The position numbers and the translations under genes were made by a program. Below are positions 41,787 to 44,206 of a stretch of 44,206 bases of DNA, in pieces. Origin of the DNA: Methanobrevibacter sp. (GTDB lineage: Archaea > Methanobacteriota > Methanobacteria > Methanobacteriales > Methanobacteriaceae); the NCBI GenBank assembly GCA_030539985.1, contig JAUNXD010000001.1, positions 1-44,206 of the forward strand, written 5' to 3'. The notes under the pieces are model-generated. The model worked only from the letters and a program-made list of their open reading frames with translations. It ran no database searches and had not been told where the DNA came from. Numbering within the stretch: position 1 is the stretch's first letter; the number at the start of each line of letters is the position of its first letter.

Positions 41787-44206
41787 ATGAAGAAATCGAA
41801 ATTTACGATATTGTTACTATTTTTAGTAATGATATTATCAATTTCTGCTGTTTCAGCAGCAGATACAAACGATACTTCAGACTCAGACTTACAAGCTGTA
41901 GATGAAGCGCCTGTTGATGAGGTGGCTTCAACTGACGTTGGTGCTCTTGCAGCAACTGACAGTAGTAATGTATTGAGTATTGGAGGAGGTAATTTCACTG
42001 AACTTCAAGATGCAATTAAGCACCCTTCCGGCAAGACCGTTACATTAAACTCTAATTATACTAGAGTTGGTAATGAGGAAGCAATTGTAATTGAAGATGA
42101 TATTGTCATTGAGGGTAATGGATTTACCATTGATGGAAATAATAATGGTGGAATTTTTAAAATTAGTAAAGATGCTATTTTAGTGCTACAGAATGTCATC
42201 TTTATTAATGGTAATGTAGAAAATGGTGGAGCTATTTATAACGAAGGAAATCTTGTTATTTCAAGTTGTCAATTTAAAAATAACAACGCTTCTTTAGGAG
42301 GAGCAATTTATAATAATGGACATATTTCTACTATAAGTGGTTCTACTTTTGAAAATAATAATGCTACTGAGGGTCTTTCTATTTATAATAATGGTAATTT
42401 GTCATTGACTGGAAATACTATTAATGGACCTATAGTAAACACTGCTAATGGTAAAATTAATTCAGATATTAAAGTAACTATTTTAGATAATCAAGTAAAG
42501 AATACTACTGAAAGTAGGTATACACTATATGCCACTATTACTGATGATAATGGCAATTTAATTAAACAGATTGGAGAAAATTTATTTAAATTCACTGTTG
42601 ATGGTCAAGAGTATGGCGCTACATATGATACTCAATTATATATAGCATCTATTATTCTTACTATACCTGATATATATACTGTAAATGTTACTTATAGTGC
42701 TGGAAATAAGTTAATTATCTCTTCTCAGGATAAAAATCTTATTTATTATAGAGGTACTTACACTGACTTACTAGAAAGAATTGGTGGAAAAAGTGCTGGT
42801 CAAACTTTAGATTTACCTTATGACTTTACTTATAATCCTATAATTGATGGTGATAAATTCCCTAATGGTGTTGTAATTGATAAGGCAATTACTATTGATG
42901 GTAAAGGATACACTATTAGTGGTAGTAATGCTTACCGTATATTCGATGTCACTGCTAATGATGTAGTTATAAGGAATGTTACTCTTACTAAAGGTAAAGC
43001 TAATAATGGTGGTGCGATTTTTGTTGAGGCTAGTGGTAACTTAACAACTGATGCAAAATTCGTAAACAACACTGCTACTAATGGTGGTGCGATTTACACT
43101 GTTGCAGACATAACAGTTGATAATTCAAACTTTATTAATAACACTGCTACTTATGGTGCTGCTATCAATGTTGCTGGCGGAAAACTAACCGTTAGCGGAG
43201 CTGCATTTAATGAAAATGGTGCGGTTTATATTGCTACTTCCGGCAATGCTGCAATTTCAAATTCAGTGTTCACAAGCGATAAAGTTGGTGCGATTAACAA
43301 CGTAGGAACTCTTGCATTAGCAGGAAACACAGTAAAAGGAATTACAAATGATGGAACAATCACTTCAGAAATTAATGTGCTTGTTCTAAAAGGTTCCACT
43401 CCAGTATATGTTGATGGTCCTAATGTTAAATTATATGCCAATATTACTGACGATAATAAAAATCCAATCAGTCAATCAGGATTTAAATTTATTGTCAATA
43501 ATGATCAAAGAGATGCAACCTTTAATGAAAATACTTTGTTATATGAAGCTGTTTACACATTCACATCTTTCGGCAATTATGATGTTAACATGACTTATAC
43601 TGGAACTGCATCTAATGTAGTAATCACCAATGGTACAATAGATTATATTACTGGTACTTTCACTGACTTACAAAGATTAATCAACAATACACCTGCCGGT
43701 GAAACTTTAGTATTGCCATATGACTTTACTTATGATGTTGCATTTGATGATGGTAAATTCCCTAATGGTGTTTTAATTGATGATGTAATCACTATTGATG
43801 GTAAAGGTCATTCCATCAGTGGTAGTGATGCTAATAGAATATTTTATGTAACTAGTAAAGCTACTTTTAACAATATTACTTTCAAGAAGGGTAAAGCTTA
43901 TGATGGTGGTGCAATTTACGCTACTACAAGTATTGATATAAGCAACTCTACATTTACTAATGATGTTGCTACCCGTTATGGTGGTGCTGTCTGTGTTATT
44001 GCTACTGTTTCTAACGCAGTAGTTAATGTTGAAAATTCAATATTTGATGACAATACTGCTTGTCAAGGTGCTATCTTCCATCAAAACGCTAAACTTATTG
44101 TAGATAATTCCCTCTTCAATGAAAATAAAGCTGTGGGTTTTGTTGGTGGAGAATGGGCATCAGGTTCTGCAATCTTATCCTACTTGACTTCATCATTGGA
44201 AGTTTA
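41787..44206 (+). CDS. Adhesin-like surface protein (partial, runs off the window end; absent from the ORF track)
   Basis: RBS GAGGT and signal peptide MKKSKFTILLLFLVMILSISAVSAAD. Motifs GNFTELQ, IDGNGFTIDG-type, and GGAIY beta-helix repeats. The frame is consistent at 42753, 43653 and the window end. Confidence 0.9.
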   Translation, partial: MKKSKFTILLLFLVMILSISAVSAADTNDTSDSDLQAVDEAPVDEVASTDVGALAATDSSNVLSIGGGNFTELQDAIKHPSGKTVTLNSNYTRVGNEEAIVIEDDIVIEGNGFTIDGNNNGGIFKISKDAILVLQNVIFINGNVENGGAIYNEGNLVISSCQFKNNNASLGGAIYNNGHISTISGSTFENNNATEGLSIYNNGNLSLTGNTINGPIVNTANGKINSDIKVTILDNQVKNTTESRYTLYATITDDNGNLIKQIGENLFKFTVDGQEYGATYDTQLYIASIILTIPDIYTVNVTYSAGNKLIISSQDKNLIYYRGTYTDLLERIGGKSAGQTLDLPYDFTYNPIIDGDKFPNGVVIDKAITIDGKGYTISGSNAYRIFDVTANDVVIRNVTLTKGKANNGGAIFVEASGNLTTDAKFVNNTATNGGAIYTVADITVDNSNFINNTATYGAAINVAGGKLTVSGAAFNENGAVYIATSGNAAISNSVFTSDKVGAINNVGTLALAGNTVKGITNDGTITSEINVLVLKGSTPVYVDGPNVKLYANITDDNKNPISQSGFKFIVNNDQRDATFNENTLLYEAVYTFTSFGNYDVNMTYTGTASNVVITNGTIDYITGTFTDLQRLINNTPAGETLVLPYDFTYDVAFDDGKFPNGVLIDDVITIDGKGHSISGSDANRIFYVTSKATFNNITFKKGKAYDGGAIYATTSIDISNSTFTNDVATRYGGAVCVIATVSNAVVNVENSIFDDNTACQGAIFHQNAKLIVDNSLFNENKAVGFVGGEWASGSAILSYLTSSLEV

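Noticed and set aside
1-44206. CRISPR array, tRNA or rRNA genes
   Set aside because: I saw no regularly spaced repeat-spacer array and no GC-rich cloverleaf or rRNA-like segment.

Overview
AT-rich archaeal chromosome segment, most consistent with a Methanobrevibacter-like methanogen (Methanobacteriales). The evidence is methanogenesis marker 12, cfbB/cbiA, an Sm-like protein, a Sec11 signal peptidase, an archaeal-type AspRS and giant adhesin-like proteins. The backbone is housekeeping genes: ilvD, hisD, aspS, cbiC, hemL, argS, purD, argF, ilvB-ilvN-carbonic anhydrase-ilvC, surE and cfbB. Accessory parts are two adhesin-like genes (one split by a frameshift, one running off the window end), a decayed ~1.8 kb IS with inverted repeats, a MATE-MarR-nitroreductase operon with twin palindromic operators, an Rpn-like PD-(D/E)XK nuclease and several gene remnants. 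The strongest candidate for an undescribed system is at the left end. A bacterial Soj-type ParA is translationally coupled to a non-canonical partner that has a ParB/Spo0J-type N-terminal LGKGL peptide, an acidic linker and a ribbon-helix-helix-like C-terminus, but no CTPase or HTH domain. The pair is preceded by a cluster of TAACTTA repeats, suggesting a hybrid ParA-adaptor-centromere partition system. Other leads are a structured aspS leader, a possible intragenic antitoxin start in the Rpn-like gene, a possibly structured intergenic RNA before the first adhesin and an LPXTG-like TGNP sorting signal. All calls come from reading motifs by eye; no database searches or folding programs were run.
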